64,000 nucleotides of DNA from Bacillota bacterium (lineage in GTDB: Bacteria > Bacillota > Clostridia > Christensenellales > UMGS416). The translations under genes and the position numbers were made by a program. The notes beneath the pieces are model-generated. The model saw only the letters and a program-made list of their open reading frames with translations. It was not told where the DNA came from and made no database searches. Below are positions 37,573 through 46,961 of the stretch, one piece after another. The stretch is from assembly GCA_023435705.1 (NCBI GenBank), contig JAEYRH010000016.1, forward strand, positions 490,890-554,889. Reading direction: 5' to 3'. Numbering within the stretch: the first letter of the stretch is position 1; the number at the start of each line of letters is the position of its first letter.

Positions 37573-39492
37573 TTATATCAAGTATTCATCATCGCCAACA
37601 GCAGTTTTATCATCCTTCAGTTGGAAAGGCATCACAGCCACGACGATATGCTTGTGCTTCAAAAGTTGTCTCTCTACATAGGCGCGGGTGCGGTTATGAA
37701 GCAGTTTGTTCCACCACTTCTTCACCGAAAATTGCGGCAGGATCACCGTAATCATATCGCCTTTCTTGTAGTCATACTCTGCGGAGCGGATAAAATCCAA
37801 CAAGGGCTCAACCACCTTACGGTAAGGGGAATACTTGATGATATAAGGAATATCCAGCTTCAGCTTGCTCCAACGGGCACGCATCTTGGCCTCGGCCTCC
37901 TCATCGATGGCAACAGAAAATGCGGTCACATTGTCTGAAATCGTTTTGGCATAACGCAACGCGCGCACGCTGGACTGATTCACATTGTCTATCGGCACAA
38001 TCACGCGGTTGCGGTAATGCTCCTTTGAAATATCCAGCGTGGCATAAGCTTCATCCGGAATTCGCAGCTGCTTGGCAACGGCGGAATAATGGCGCTTGAT
38101 TTTCAACATCACAGTCACCAATGCAGGGATTAAGATGACTACAATCCAAGCGCCTTCCTCAAATTTGAATATTGCGATGATGACCACTACAAGAGCGGTT
38201 ACAAGTGCTCCAAATCCATTGATCGCGGCCTTGGCAGCCCAGTTTTTCCCCTTATGCCGGATCCATCTGATAAACATGCCCGATTGTGACAGGGTAAAGG
38301 ATATAAACACCCCGATGGCATATAAGCCGATCAAACTGGTCACCTTGGCTTTGAACGCGATGATCAGCAGCACCGCGCCAACCGAGAGCATGATGATGCC
38401 GTTGGAATAGCTCAGACGGTCACCACGCATGTTGAGCTGCCGTGGGGCAAAACCCTCCTTCGCCATAATGGAAACCAGTAGCGGGAAACCGGAGTAAGCG
38501 GTGTTGGCGGCCATAAACAGAATGATGAACGTGGTCACGGCGATGTAGTAAACCATGAAATTCTTTTGACCAAACACCATGTTTGACAATTGCACCAGCA
38601 CCGCCGGCTGCCCCTCTCCCACAACCACATGGAAGTTGGACGCCAGCACCGAGGTGCCGCCAAAGAGCACAATGATAATACCAGCCAAAATCAATAGAAT
38701 GGTTTTTGCATTTTTAATGGACGGATCCTTAAAATTAGGGACGGAATTGCTGACCGCCTCAATGCCCGTGAGCGCTGCACAGCCGTTGGAGAAAGCACGC
38801 AACACAAGCACCAGCATCATCGCGCGGATGGGTTGCGCCAAGCTTTGCGCCGTAGGTGTGGGCAAAGCAGCAGCAGGTAAATTCCCTACCATCACCTTGA
38901 TAAAGCCAACAATCAGCAACACACCCATACCCAGCAAAAACGCGTAGGTTGGGATACCAAAAATGCGTGATGATTCCCGGATTCCCCGCAGGTTTCCCAC
39001 CATGAGGAGTGCGATCATGGCAACTGCGACGGTAATCGGAATCAGCGGGTGCAGCACCATTCCCTCGGGCACAAGAGACATCAACTGCTCAATACCCGAG
39101 GACACACTGACCGCAACAGTGAGAATATAATCGACCGAAAGGGCAGCACCAGCAATCACACCGGCCATCACGCCGAGATTTTCTTTGGCCACAATATATG
39201 CGCCGCCGCCATTTGGATAATTCTCAATCGTTTGCCGATATGACAACACCAGCAGCGCGAGCAATCCTACGATTGCCACAGAGATGCCGATCAACAGTAC
39301 ATAAGAGTATCCGCCTGTGTCGTGGGCAGGATCCCGCAAAACAGTAAGGATTTCCTGGCTGGCATATGCCACAGATGAGATGGCGTCTGATGCCAGGATG
39401 GGCAGCCCCCACAGGATCCCGAGTCTTTGACCGTGCAGGGCTTCATTGCGAAGCGGCCTACCAATCAACATGCTTTTGAGTTTATTGCCCAT
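37573..39492 (-). CDS. APC-superfamily permease with cytoplasmic C-terminal domain, KimA-like (probable K+/H+ symporter)
   Basis: N-terminus MGNKLKSMLIGRPLRNEALHGQRLGILWGLPILASDAISSVAYASQEIL parallels B. subtilis KimA (recalled). About 12 TMs plus a roughly 170-aa soluble tail. Confidence 0.65.
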   Translation of the reverse strand: MGNKLKSMLIGRPLRNEALHGQRLGILWGLPILASDAISSVAYASQEILTVLRDPAHDTGGYSYVLLIGISVAIVGLLALLVLSYRQTIENYPNGGGAYIVAKENLGVMAGVIAGAALSVDYILTVAVSVSSGIEQLMSLVPEGMVLHPLIPITVAVAMIALLMVGNLRGIRESSRIFGIPTYAFLLGMGVLLIVGFIKVMVGNLPAAALPTPTAQSLAQPIRAMMLVLVLRAFSNGCAALTGIEAVSNSVPNFKDPSIKNAKTILLILAGIIIVLFGGTSVLASNFHVVVGEGQPAVLVQLSNMVFGQKNFMVYYIAVTTFIILFMAANTAYSGFPLLVSIMAKEGFAPRQLNMRGDRLSYSNGIIMLSVGAVLLIIAFKAKVTSLIGLYAIGVFISFTLSQSGMFIRWIRHKGKNWAAKAAINGFGALVTALVVVIIAIFKFEEGAWIVVILIPALVTVMLKIKRHYSAVAKQLRIPDEAYATLDISKEHYRNRVIVPIDNVNQSSVRALRYAKTISDNVTAFSVAIDEEAEAKMRARWSKLKLDIPYIIKYSPYRKVVEPLLDFIRSAEYDYKKGDMITVILPQFSVKKWWNKLLHNRTRAYVERQLLKHKHIVVAVMPFQLKDDKTAVGDDEYLI

Positions 39493-39547
39493 GCCAATCT
39501 TGCCTTTCAGTGTATCACGTTTATGACTATCCAAAACAGTAATGCGT

Positions 39548-39576
39548 ATCATATCACTTCATATCGATATCTGCAA
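39548..39576 (-). promoter_or_regulatory. Putative sigma-A promoter for the KimA-like gene (TTGCAG-17-TATGAT)
   Basis: On the minus strand: TTGCAG (39576-39571), 17-nt spacer, TATGAT (39553-39548). The ORF-track ATG 39552 lies inside the -10 box, which supports the 39492 start. Confidence 0.45.
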
Positions 39577-39640
39577 TATCGTCATGTTGGAGGAAATACC
39601 ACAGCTTCTGCAGTTCTATCTTCTAGCATGGCAGTGCCTA

Positions 39641-39678
39641 AAAAAAGAATGCCCCATTCCAAACGGAAAGGGGCATTC
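39641..39678 (-). terminator. Intrinsic terminator of clpC
   Basis: Stem GAATGCCCC/GGGGCATTC, followed on the minus strand by TTTTTT. Located 8 nt after the clpC stop. Confidence 0.85.
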
Positions 39679-39685
39679 AATATGA

Positions 39686-42109
39686 TTATTTACGTTTCAA
39701 CGCCAGCTTGTCTCCCTCCATATCCACCAGCACATGATCTCCCAGCTTGATTTTCCCGCTTAGGATCTCCTCAGAAAGGTTGTCTTCCACGGTGCGCTGG
39801 ATCGCGCGGCGCAGAGGGCGGGCACCAAATTGCGGGTCGAAGCCCTCTTTGGCAAGATAGTCGCGGGCTGCGTCTGTCACATCAATGTGGATATCCTTTT
39901 CACTGAGCCTCGCTGACACCTGCGCAAGCATGAGATCCACAATTTTACGCGTATGGGTTTGATCCAGCGCGTGGAACACGATGATCTCATCAATTCGGTT
40001 TAAAAACTCCGGCCGGAAGGTTTTTTTCAGGTCGTCAAGCATCCGCACCTTCATGCGGTCATAATCCTGCGTGCTGTTGCGCACACTGCCAAACCCAAGT
40101 GCCACCGGGTTTTGCGCGGCGGCTGCTCCCACGTTGCTGGTCATGATCACCACAGTGTTGCGGAAGTCCACCGTGCGGCCCTTGGCATCGGTTAACCTGC
40201 CGTCCTCCATGATTTGCAGCAGGATGTTGAACACATCGGGGTGGGCTTTTTCCACCTCGTCCAACAGGATCACCGAATAGGGCTTTCGGCGTACTTTTTC
40301 TGTGAGCTGGCCGCCCTCATCAAAACCCACATATCCGGGCGGTGAGCCGACCAACTTGGATACGGAGTGCTTCTCCATGTATTCAGACATATCCACGCGG
40401 ATCATCGAATCCTCATCACCAAACAGCGCTTCTCCAAGAGCTTTACTGAGCTCCGTTTTGCCCACACCGGTGGGGCCGAGGAAGATGAAGGAGCCGATGG
40501 GCCGTTTGGGGTCCTTGAGGCCTGCCCTTGCGCGGCGCACAGCCTTCGCCACGGCAGTCACCGCTTCCTCCTGGCCGATCACGCGCTTGTGCAGCACATC
40601 CTCCAGGTGCAGCAGCCGCTCCGATTCTCCCTCAGTGATCTTCTGCACCGGGATGGAGACCCAGCTGGACACGATCTGGGCGATTTCCTCCTCGCCAACC
40701 ACGTTGTCCTCGGTGTTGCGCTCCTTTTCCCAGGTTTCACGGCGCTGGTCGATCTCCTGCAGCGCCTCCCGTTCGCGGTCGCGGAGCTCCGCAGCCTTCT
40801 CAAAGTTCTGGTTGTTGACAGCCTCATCCTTGGCTTTGCGGATTTCTGCAAGCTTGTCGTCGAGCTGCTTCATATCCGGCGGGGTTGTATAGGTCATAAT
40901 CCTCAATCGTGAAGCTGCTTCATCCAACAAGTCGATTGCCTTGTCCGGCAGAAAACGGTCGGAGATGTAGCGGTCAGACAGGTTCACGGCTGCCTTGATC
41001 GCCTCATCAGTGATGCGCACCTTGTGGTGGGCCTCATAGCGGTCACGGAGACCCTTCAGAATCTCCACACTTTCCTCACGGCTCGGTTCACCTACCGTAA
41101 CCGGTTGGAAGCGCCGCTCCAACGCCGTATCCTTTTCCACATGCTTGCGGTATTCATCCAGTGTGGTGGCGCCGACTGCCTGAATTTCTCCTCGAGCCAG
41201 CGCAGGCTTGAGGATGTTTGCTGCGTCGATGGCGCCCTCAGCCGCACCGGCGCCGATGATTGTGTGCAACTCGTCGATAAAGAGGATTACATTGCCGGCT
41301 TTCTGCATTTCCTCCATGGCGTCCTTGAGCCGTTGTTCAAACTCACCGCGGTATTTGGTGCCGGCAATCATGCCGGAAAGATCCAGCATCACCACGCGCT
41401 TGTCGCGTAACAGCTCCGGGATGCGGCCCTCCACAATGCGCTGGGCCAGGCCCTCAGCAATGGCGGTCTTGCCCACACCCGGCTCGCCAATGAGCACAGG
41501 ATTGTTTTTCGTGCGGCGGCTCAAAATCTGGATCACGCGCTCGATTTCTTTTTGCCTGCCGATCACCGGGTCAAGATCACCCTCTCTGGCTGCCTGTGTG
41601 AGGTCACGGCCAAATTTATCAAGCTTCGGCGTCTTACCGCCTGACTGGCTCTTGGGGACGCTGCCGCTTTCGTCGCGCATGCCGCCGATCAGCTTTTCGC
41701 GGAGTTGTTTCAAATCCACACCCATATCGATCAGGATCCTGGCTGCCACACTGGCACGCTCGCGCACCAGCGCAAGCAGCAGGTGCTCGGTCCCTACATA
41801 GTTATGGTTGAGGCTCTTGGCCTCCACCAGGCTGTATTCAATCACGTTTTTGGTGCGGGGCGTATAACCGAAGGCATCGGTGAAGTTGAAATCACCTTTG
41901 CCCACCAGGCGTTCCACCTGCTCGCGGATGCCCGCCGGTGTGACGTTCATCTCACCCAAAACTTCCGACGCGGTGCTGTCGTCCACGCCAATGATGCCCA
42001 GCAGCAAGTGCTCGGTGCCCACATAATTGTGGCCGAGGCTGCGGGCTTCCTCCTGTGCCAAACCCAATGCCTTTCGGGCGTTTTCTGTAAATCTTCCTTG
42101 GAATGACAT
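39686..42109 (-). CDS. clpC: ATP-dependent Clp protease ATP-binding subunit ClpC
   Basis: Clp_N repeats, two AAA+ modules ([15 protein letters not shown]; [15 protein letters not shown]), and a UVR motif between them. Confidence 0.95.
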   Translation of the reverse strand: MSFQGRFTENARKALGLAQEEARSLGHNYVGTEHLLLGIIGVDDSTASEVLGEMNVTPAGIREQVERLVGKGDFNFTDAFGYTPRTKNVIEYSLVEAKSLNHNYVGTEHLLLALVRERASVAARILIDMGVDLKQLREKLIGGMRDESGSVPKSQSGGKTPKLDKFGRDLTQAAREGDLDPVIGRQKEIERVIQILSRRTKNNPVLIGEPGVGKTAIAEGLAQRIVEGRIPELLRDKRVVMLDLSGMIAGTKYRGEFEQRLKDAMEEMQKAGNVILFIDELHTIIGAGAAEGAIDAANILKPALARGEIQAVGATTLDEYRKHVEKDTALERRFQPVTVGEPSREESVEILKGLRDRYEAHHKVRITDEAIKAAVNLSDRYISDRFLPDKAIDLLDEAASRLRIMTYTTPPDMKQLDDKLAEIRKAKDEAVNNQNFEKAAELRDREREALQEIDQRRETWEKERNTEDNVVGEEEIAQIVSSWVSIPVQKITEGESERLLHLEDVLHKRVIGQEEAVTAVAKAVRRARAGLKDPKRPIGSFIFLGPTGVGKTELSKALGEALFGDEDSMIRVDMSEYMEKHSVSKLVGSPPGYVGFDEGGQLTEKVRRKPYSVILLDEVEKAHPDVFNILLQIMEDGRLTDAKGRTVDFRNTVVIMTSNVGAAAAQNPVALGFGSVRNSTQDYDRMKVRMLDDLKKTFRPEFLNRIDEIIVFHALDQTHTRKIVDLMLAQVSARLSEKDIHIDVTDAARDYLAKEGFDPQFGARPLRRAIQRTVEDNLSEEILSGKIKLGDHVLVDMEGDKLALKRK

Positions 42110-42149
42110 GGTTCTTCCTCTCTTCTCTATCGCAGATTATGTGATTATT

Positions 42150-42231
42150 CTCATTTGCCCCTCCCCCAAGCCACTGGGAGTGGGTTGGGGGTGAGGGTTG
42201 CATACAGCCTGGGTATCGCCCCCCTACAGGG
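42150..42231. repeat. GC-rich hairpin element, related in style to copies A/B (copy C, loose homology)
   Basis: Begins CTCATTTGCCCC (compare CTCATTTACCCC at 8433-8444). Imperfect long stem CCCCTCCCCCAAGCC / GGTTGGGGGTGAGGG. Fills the mcsB-clpC spacer. Confidence 0.5.
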
Positions 42232-42232
42232 A

Positions 42233-43258
42233 TTATCTCTTGCTGCAGAACGTTTCCCGAATGAAACTCGCCCGCACGATATCGCGTTCCTCTTGATTGA
42301 GCTCTCGCCCCTCATGCTTTTGCAGTGCAGCTGGCTGCACGGCAATCATCAGGCGGTTGAGTTCAGTCTGGTTCACATCGGGCAGAAGCTCAAGACCCAC
42401 AGCCAGCCGGGCGTCTGAAAGCAACTGCATGAACTCCTTACTGGAAACCGAACGGGCATATTTCATAAGGCCCCAGGACCGGTATAGCTTGTCCTCAATT
42501 TCAACTCGTTTGTTGTGCAGCAGGAACTCGCGGGCTGCCCGTTCCTTCTCCATGATTTGCTCGCACACAGCTCTGATCGTGCCGGTGATGTCTTCCTCCG
42601 TCACGCCCAACGTGATCTGGTTGGAGATTTGAAACATATCACCAAGCGCCTCGCTGCCCTCGCCATACATGCCGCGCACCGCGAGGCCAGCCTTCACAAC
42701 CGAGTCGATCAGGATCTTCAACATGCCGATGAGCTTAAGCGCCGGAAGATGCACCATGACTGATGCCCGCATGCCGGTGCCCACATTGGTAGGGCAACTC
42801 GTCAGATACCCAAGGGCCTTGTCGTATGCAAATGGCACCGTTTTTTCAAGCAGGCTCTCAAGTCGCAGAGCTGCAACAGCAGCTTGTACAATCTGGCTTC
42901 CCGGCAGCAAGCCCTGGATTCTAAGGTGATCTTCCTCATTGATCATCAGAGACACAGTTTCGTCCGCACTCAGCAAGAGCGCTCCCCAATCCTTCTTCTT
43001 CAGAAGGTCGGCGCTGGCCAGGTGCCGCTCCACAAGCTCCAATCGGTCAGTTTCATCCATCAGACGAAGCTGCAGGAAACGGAAAGAGTCCATCCCCTCG
43101 GCTTTCTTCATCGCGGCGATCACCCGGTCAGACACTGCATCAGCCTGCTGACTGTTCATTGCCGGCGGAAATGGCATGCCGGCGATGTTGCGGGCCAAAC
43201 GCACACGGCTGCTGATTACGATATCATTGCCAGGGCCTGTCGCTTCCCAAACATTCAT
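42233..43258 (-). CDS. mcsB: Protein arginine kinase McsB
   Basis: ATP:guanido phosphotransferase motifs (SSRVRLARN..., NEEDHLRIQ, CPTNVGTGMRAS). ATGA overlap with the mcsA stop. Confidence 0.9.
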   Translation of the reverse strand: MNVWEATGPGNDIVISSRVRLARNIAGMPFPPAMNSQQADAVSDRVIAAMKKAEGMDSFRFLQLRLMDETDRLELVERHLASADLLKKKDWGALLLSADETVSLMINEEDHLRIQGLLPGSQIVQAAVAALRLESLLEKTVPFAYDKALGYLTSCPTNVGTGMRASVMVHLPALKLIGMLKILIDSVVKAGLAVRGMYGEGSEALGDMFQISNQITLGVTEEDITGTIRAVCEQIMEKERAAREFLLHNKRVEIEDKLYRSWGLMKYARSVSSKEFMQLLSDARLAVGLELLPDVNQTELNRLMIAVQPAALQKHEGRELNQEERDIVRASFIRETFCSKR

Positions 43259-43776
43259 TTTGACGCTCCATCTCCGGCTGCCTCCAGCGCCCGGATCTCA
43301 TCACGTAAACCGGCAGCTTTTTCATATTCCTCCGCCTTGACCGCTATCTTCAACTGTAAACGCAATTCCTCAAGGCGGGTTGGTTTCCGTTTTTCCGGCG
43401 CAGGCACCTTTGCTGGAGCCGAGAGCCCCGGCCGCTTGCCGATGTGCTGCAGAGACCCGTGGATTCTCCGCATCATCGGGATCAGCTCACCTGAAAACTG
43501 CCGATAACACTGCTCGCACCCGACTCGCCCTTCCCGGCGAAAACGATCCTGGTCGAAACCGCAATCGGGGCAAACAACTGGCGGCTCAGCCGGCGTCTGC
43601 TTCTGCTGGGCGCTGGCAAGATTGGCAAGGATATTGACCAACGACATATCTTTGAAAAAGTCGCTATCTCCCTGTTCAGCGCATTGCTTGCACAGATGAA
43701 GCTCCGTTTTGCTGCCGTTGATCACTTTGGTGAGATAGATCGTGGCTTGCTTTTGGCCACAGCGGTCACACATCAT
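43255..43776 (-). CDS. mcsA: McsA (UvrB/UvrC-motif, zinc-finger activator of McsB)
   Basis: Four CxxC pairs (CDRCG...CKQC...CPDCG...CEQC) and a C-terminal UVR motif (EEYEKAAGLRDEIRALE). Confidence 0.85.
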   Translation of the reverse strand: MMCDRCGQKQATIYLTKVINGSKTELHLCKQCAEQGDSDFFKDMSLVNILANLASAQQKQTPAEPPVVCPDCGFDQDRFRREGRVGCEQCYRQFSGELIPMMRRIHGSLQHIGKRPGLSAPAKVPAPEKRKPTRLEELRLQLKIAVKAEEYEKAAGLRDEIRALEAAGDGASK

Positions 43777-43777
43777 G

Positions 43778-44245
43778 CTATTCTTCCTCCCTGCCCTGCA
43801 AAAGCGCCAACATCATATTTTTCAGGATCCCAGCCCGCAAACGATCCTTGATGGGCATGGGAGCTGCAATCGCTCTGGCCGACACTGCGGCCCTCAGAAG
43901 CTTTGCCTCCCTGGGCTCCACGATCTCTTTCTCCAGCAGATACTCCACAATGCGCCGGGCGTCATTTTCAGAAACCTCGTCGCCGATGCCCTGTGTGGCC
44001 AAATGCATCAGATAGTCTCCCTCATCCACATCCACACGCATGATGCGGATATAGCCCCCACCGCCCCGCCGGCTCTCAATATAGTAACCCTTGTCTGCAG
44101 AGAACCGCGTGGCCAGCACATAATTGATCTGCGAAGGGGCGCAGCGGAAATACTCCGCCAGCTCGTTTCTGCGCACATCTATTTGATGCATATCCTCAAA
44201 CAGGGATTTTATGAATGATTCTATGTTGTCTGACAACATCGACAT
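43778..44245 (-). CDS. ctsR: Class III stress-gene repressor CtsR
   Basis: MSMLSDNIESFIKSLF...INYVLATRFSADKGYYIESRRGGGGYIRI includes the CtsR glycine-rich loop. GAGGGG SD. The ORF-track start at 44269 lies inside the operator. Confidence 0.9.
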   Translation of the reverse strand: MSMLSDNIESFIKSLFEDMHQIDVRRNELAEYFRCAPSQINYVLATRFSADKGYYIESRRGGGGYIRIMRVDVDEGDYLMHLATQGIGDEVSENDARRIVEYLLEKEIVEPREAKLLRAAVSARAIAAPMPIKDRLRAGILKNMMLALLQGREEE

Positions 44246-44260
44246 TTGAGCACACCCCTC

Positions 44261-44277
44261 TTTGACCATCTTTGACC
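44261..44277 (-). promoter_or_regulatory. CtsR operator (direct heptad repeat GGTCAAA-GAT-GGTCAAA)
   Basis: The minus strand reads GGTCAAAGATGGTCAAA, a perfect match to the A/GGTCAAA-NAN-A/GGTCAAA consensus. It lies between the -10 box and the ctsR SD. Confidence 0.9.
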
Positions 44278-44287
44278 TTAATATACA

Positions 44288-44314
44288 TTATACAGATCTT
44301 CTGATGAAAATCAA
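44288..44314 (-). promoter_or_regulatory. Sigma-A promoter of the ctsR operon (TTGATT-16-TATAAT)
   Basis: On the minus strand: TTGATT (44314-44309), 16-nt spacer, TATAAT (44293-44288), immediately upstream of the CtsR box. Confidence 0.7.
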
Positions 44315-44461
44315 GTCCCTCCAGGTTATCATCCTTCCCAACGGGAAGAAAATTCAAAAAAACAGCAACATGCTGCAGAATCCACTTTTCCAACTTGAAT
44401 CCAAGGCGTATGATAGTTGTGGTCAACAGACGGATCAATACAATGGAAGAGGTTTGCAAGA

Positions 44462-44926
44462 ATGCGGGAGGTGTTCAAAGTGGAAAAGATCAAGTCACGT
44501 TTCGACGATTTCAAGAGCTTTGCGATGAAGGGCAATGTGCTGGACCTTGCTGTGGGCGTGGTCATCGGCGGCGCCTTCGGTAAGATTGTTACCTCTCTGG
44601 TGAATGACGTAATCATGCCGTTGATCGGATTGGTCACCGGCAGGATGGATCTTTCCACACTCAAAATCATTTTTCGTGCCGCTTCAAATGATGGGGTGAA
44701 AGACATTGCGGAGTTGTCATTGAAGTATGGTGCGTTTCTGCAAAGCATCCTGGATTTCCTGATCATCGCCCTGAGTATTTACCTATTCATCAAGCTGATT
44801 GGCAAGCTGAAGCGGAAGCAGGAAGCCGTCGTTGTGGAGGTCGCTCCGCCCGTTCCGGTCAGGAGCGAGGTTTTGTTGGAAGAAATTCGCGATTTGCTCA
44901 AGGAGCAGAAAAAAGATCACAAATAA
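44462..44926 (+). CDS. mscL: Large-conductance mechanosensitive channel MscL
   Basis: FKSFAMKGNVLDLAVGVVIGGAFGKIVTSLVNDVIMPLIG is the canonical MscL TM1 region. Start at ATG 44462. Confidence 0.9.
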   Translation: MREVFKVEKIKSRFDDFKSFAMKGNVLDLAVGVVIGGAFGKIVTSLVNDVIMPLIGLVTGRMDLSTLKIIFRAASNDGVKDIAELSLKYGAFLQSILDFLIIALSIYLFIKLIGKLKRKQEAVVVEVAPPVPVRSEVLLEEIRDLLKEQKKDHK

Positions 44927-44935
44927 TTCTCAACA

Positions 44936-44960
44936 CAAAGGCGGCCAATGGCCGCCTTTG
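44936..44960. terminator. Bidirectional intrinsic terminator
   Basis: CAAAGGCGGCC-AAT-GGCCGCCTTTG, followed by GTTTTAT. Sits between the convergent mscL and M14 peptidase genes. Confidence 0.85.
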
Positions 44961-44963
44961 GTT

Positions 44964-46316
44964 TTATCGCCATGTGGTTTTGTATGTTACGCGCGGATAA
45001 TTGACACGCGGATAAGTCGCTAAGTTTCTCGGCATCGCCGCCCACATTAATTCATATAACACAAACCTATTGTCCTGCCAATACTCGTAGAAATTGCCTT
45101 GTGGGAGGGGGCAATAGCCACTGCCCATTTCCAGGGTGAACCCGGGCCTGCCATACTCCTGTGCAAACCAGTCGCGATAGCCACCGCCTGGGGCCTGCGA
45201 CGAAGGTGAAAGCACGGTGTATCCGTTTGCGGCGCGGATTTGCTCGGCAATATAGCGGCCTGCTTTGTTGCCGGCACCGGTGTGATTATACCAATACAAC
45301 ACTTCACCAGACGAGTGGTAGCTGACGGTCAGGGCAAAGTCTTTGGCATTGGTTAAGTCTCGCAAGGCAATAGATTCAGGCTCGCTGAATGCTCTCGGCC
45401 CCCCATAGTAATATGGGCCTGGCTTTCTATAATTCGGATCAACACGCCATCCTGCATCGAAATTGCGGTTCAGATCCACCCCTCGCCCATTGGCCTTCCA
45501 GCGGATGAAGCTGGTGCTGCCGCCGTTCATGGACAGCAAGGAAGATTTCAACTCCGGCATGGATGCAGGCACTGACGCCAGACCCTCCATGCACAACCGC
45601 ACGCCGTCCGGGTTTGCCTCCGGAATGATCCAGATTTCCATTTGCTCCAGCATTTTTCGGATTGAGGTACCCTTATAAGTCGCACCAAGCTCAGCGGCTT
45701 TCAACGTGGTCTCAGCGTGACGCAAAGCCAGCAGCGCGGTCAGCCACTCCCTCGCGTGCATGGCGGCCTGCACCATGATGCGCACTTTAGCATCAGGGTT
45801 GCCGATCACGATTGCTTTGATGGGGTTGCCCATCAGGCTAAGGCCAATTGTTTCCAGGCGCGCTTTTCCAGGAAAACGGGCTACAATTTCATCCATGTCT
45901 TTCATGCATTGTGTGACTGTAAAGCTCGCCGAAAGGCTGATATCTTCACTGGGCCAATCCAGCTTCGCGGTGTTGCTCGGAGCCGCTGAACCAGGATAAT
46001 TGGCCAGATAGGCTGATTGGCACCACCCGGATTGCCCCCCTGAGGTGACTACATTGCACCACGGGCCTGCATCAGAGGCAACCTTGACTACGTCACCACG
46101 GGATAAAGTTTTTACTACCCGTGCAGTGCTGCTGGCACTGGCCCGAATATTGAGAGAGGACGTGTTTACCACAGCCATACCCCTGAGGCCTGTCGCCTTT
46201 GCGACATCAGGGGTGAGCAAGCACGCAGCAAATACAACAGCCAGGATACACCCAATGAACCTGTATGCGCACAAAACTACGCTGCGTTTGTCGTATTGAA
46301 AACTGTGCCGCTTCAT
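44964..46316 (-). CDS. M14-family zinc carboxypeptidase with N-terminal SH3b domain (gamma-D-glutamyl-DAP peptidase-like)
   Basis: Signal/TM segment, then an SH3b region (LNIRASASSTARVVKTLSRGDVVKV...GWCQSAYL), then M14 motifs (HAREW, NPDG, VDLNRNF, SYHS). GGAG lies 6 nt upstream of ATG 46316. Confidence 0.8.
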   Translation of the reverse strand: MKRHSFQYDKRSVVLCAYRFIGCILAVVFAACLLTPDVAKATGLRGMAVVNTSSLNIRASASSTARVVKTLSRGDVVKVASDAGPWCNVVTSGGQSGWCQSAYLANYPGSAAPSNTAKLDWPSEDISLSASFTVTQCMKDMDEIVARFPGKARLETIGLSLMGNPIKAIVIGNPDAKVRIMVQAAMHAREWLTALLALRHAETTLKAAELGATYKGTSIRKMLEQMEIWIIPEANPDGVRLCMEGLASVPASMPELKSSLLSMNGGSTSFIRWKANGRGVDLNRNFDAGWRVDPNYRKPGPYYYGGPRAFSEPESIALRDLTNAKDFALTVSYHSSGEVLYWYNHTGAGNKAGRYIAEQIRAANGYTVLSPSSQAPGGGYRDWFAQEYGRPGFTLEMGSGYCPLPQGNFYEYWQDNRFVLYELMWAAMPRNLATYPRVNYPRVTYKTTWR

Positions 46317-46367
46317 TCCATCTCCACAAATGGTATTACAATCTGTCAAGCTCTCCAGATATGGTAT

Positions 46368-46396
46368 ATTATACTGTCAGTATCACAGGTTATCAA
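46368..46396 (-). promoter_or_regulatory. Putative sigma-A promoter for the M14 gene (TTGATA-17-TATAAT)
   Basis: On the minus strand: TTGATA (46396-46391), 17-nt spacer, TATAAT (46373-46368). Confidence 0.55.
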
Positions 46397-46405
46397 TGTA
46401 TTTGA

Positions 46406-46855
46406 TTATAGATGCAGGATCATCTCGTCATCAGTTTGCAGAAAACCGAACTTTTGGTATATTCTCCTGCCAGCTTCTGTGGCATGCAAATACAATTGTC
46501 CGCACCCCAACGCACGCGCCCGGTCGATTAATCTGCCAAAGAGCGCCGAGGCATAACCCTTGCCCCTGCACTCCGGCAATGTAAACACATTCAATACATA
46601 TGCTGACTTGCCCGATGGGTTGGAATAGTTGGGCGCGATGCTGTGAAGGCAGATTCCACCGGTGGCTACAATCCGCCCCGCTTCCTCTATCACCCAAGAT
46701 TCAAATGTGCCATCTGTCAGCGCAGCTTTCCAGTAGCGCCCTAGGTTTTGCTCAAAACCTTCCGGAGGCTTGCATGTGGCATTCACTTCATTCAGAAAGG
46801 CCACGCGAAGACTGATGAGTTCAGCAATGTCTTCCTCAACTGCCATGCGTATCAT
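46406..46855 (-). CDS. GNAT family N-acetyltransferase
   Basis: ...VFTLPECRGKGYASALFGRLIDRARALGCGQLYLHATEAGRRIYQKFGF is the acetyl-CoA-binding motif A. GGAGG lies 8 nt upstream of ATG 46855. Confidence 0.8.
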   Translation of the reverse strand: MIRMAVEEDIAELISLRVAFLNEVNATCKPPEGFEQNLGRYWKAALTDGTFESWVIEEAGRIVATGGICLHSIAPNYSNPSGKSAYVLNVFTLPECRGKGYASALFGRLIDRARALGCGQLYLHATEAGRRIYQKFGFLQTDDEMILHL

Positions 46856-46961
46856 GATGGGTACCTCCATTCATATAGAATAATAAGATGCGAGTCATGT
46901 TGATGCATGACGGATTTTGCCATATAATTGTTGTGAAGTCGAACAACTCGGAGGTGGAATA

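Noticed and set aside
39493-39640. c-di-AMP (ydaO-type) riboswitch upstream of the KimA-like gene.
   Set aside because: The predicted leader is only about 50 nt and no conserved riboswitch elements are visible. It is kept only as a negative observation; a cmsearch would settle it.
44330-44350. Hairpin CTTCCC-AAC-GGGAAG in the ctsR/mscL divergent spacer as a terminator.
   Set aside because: It is followed by an A-run on the plus strand and preceded, not followed, by a T-run on the minus strand. No upstream transcript needs terminating there.
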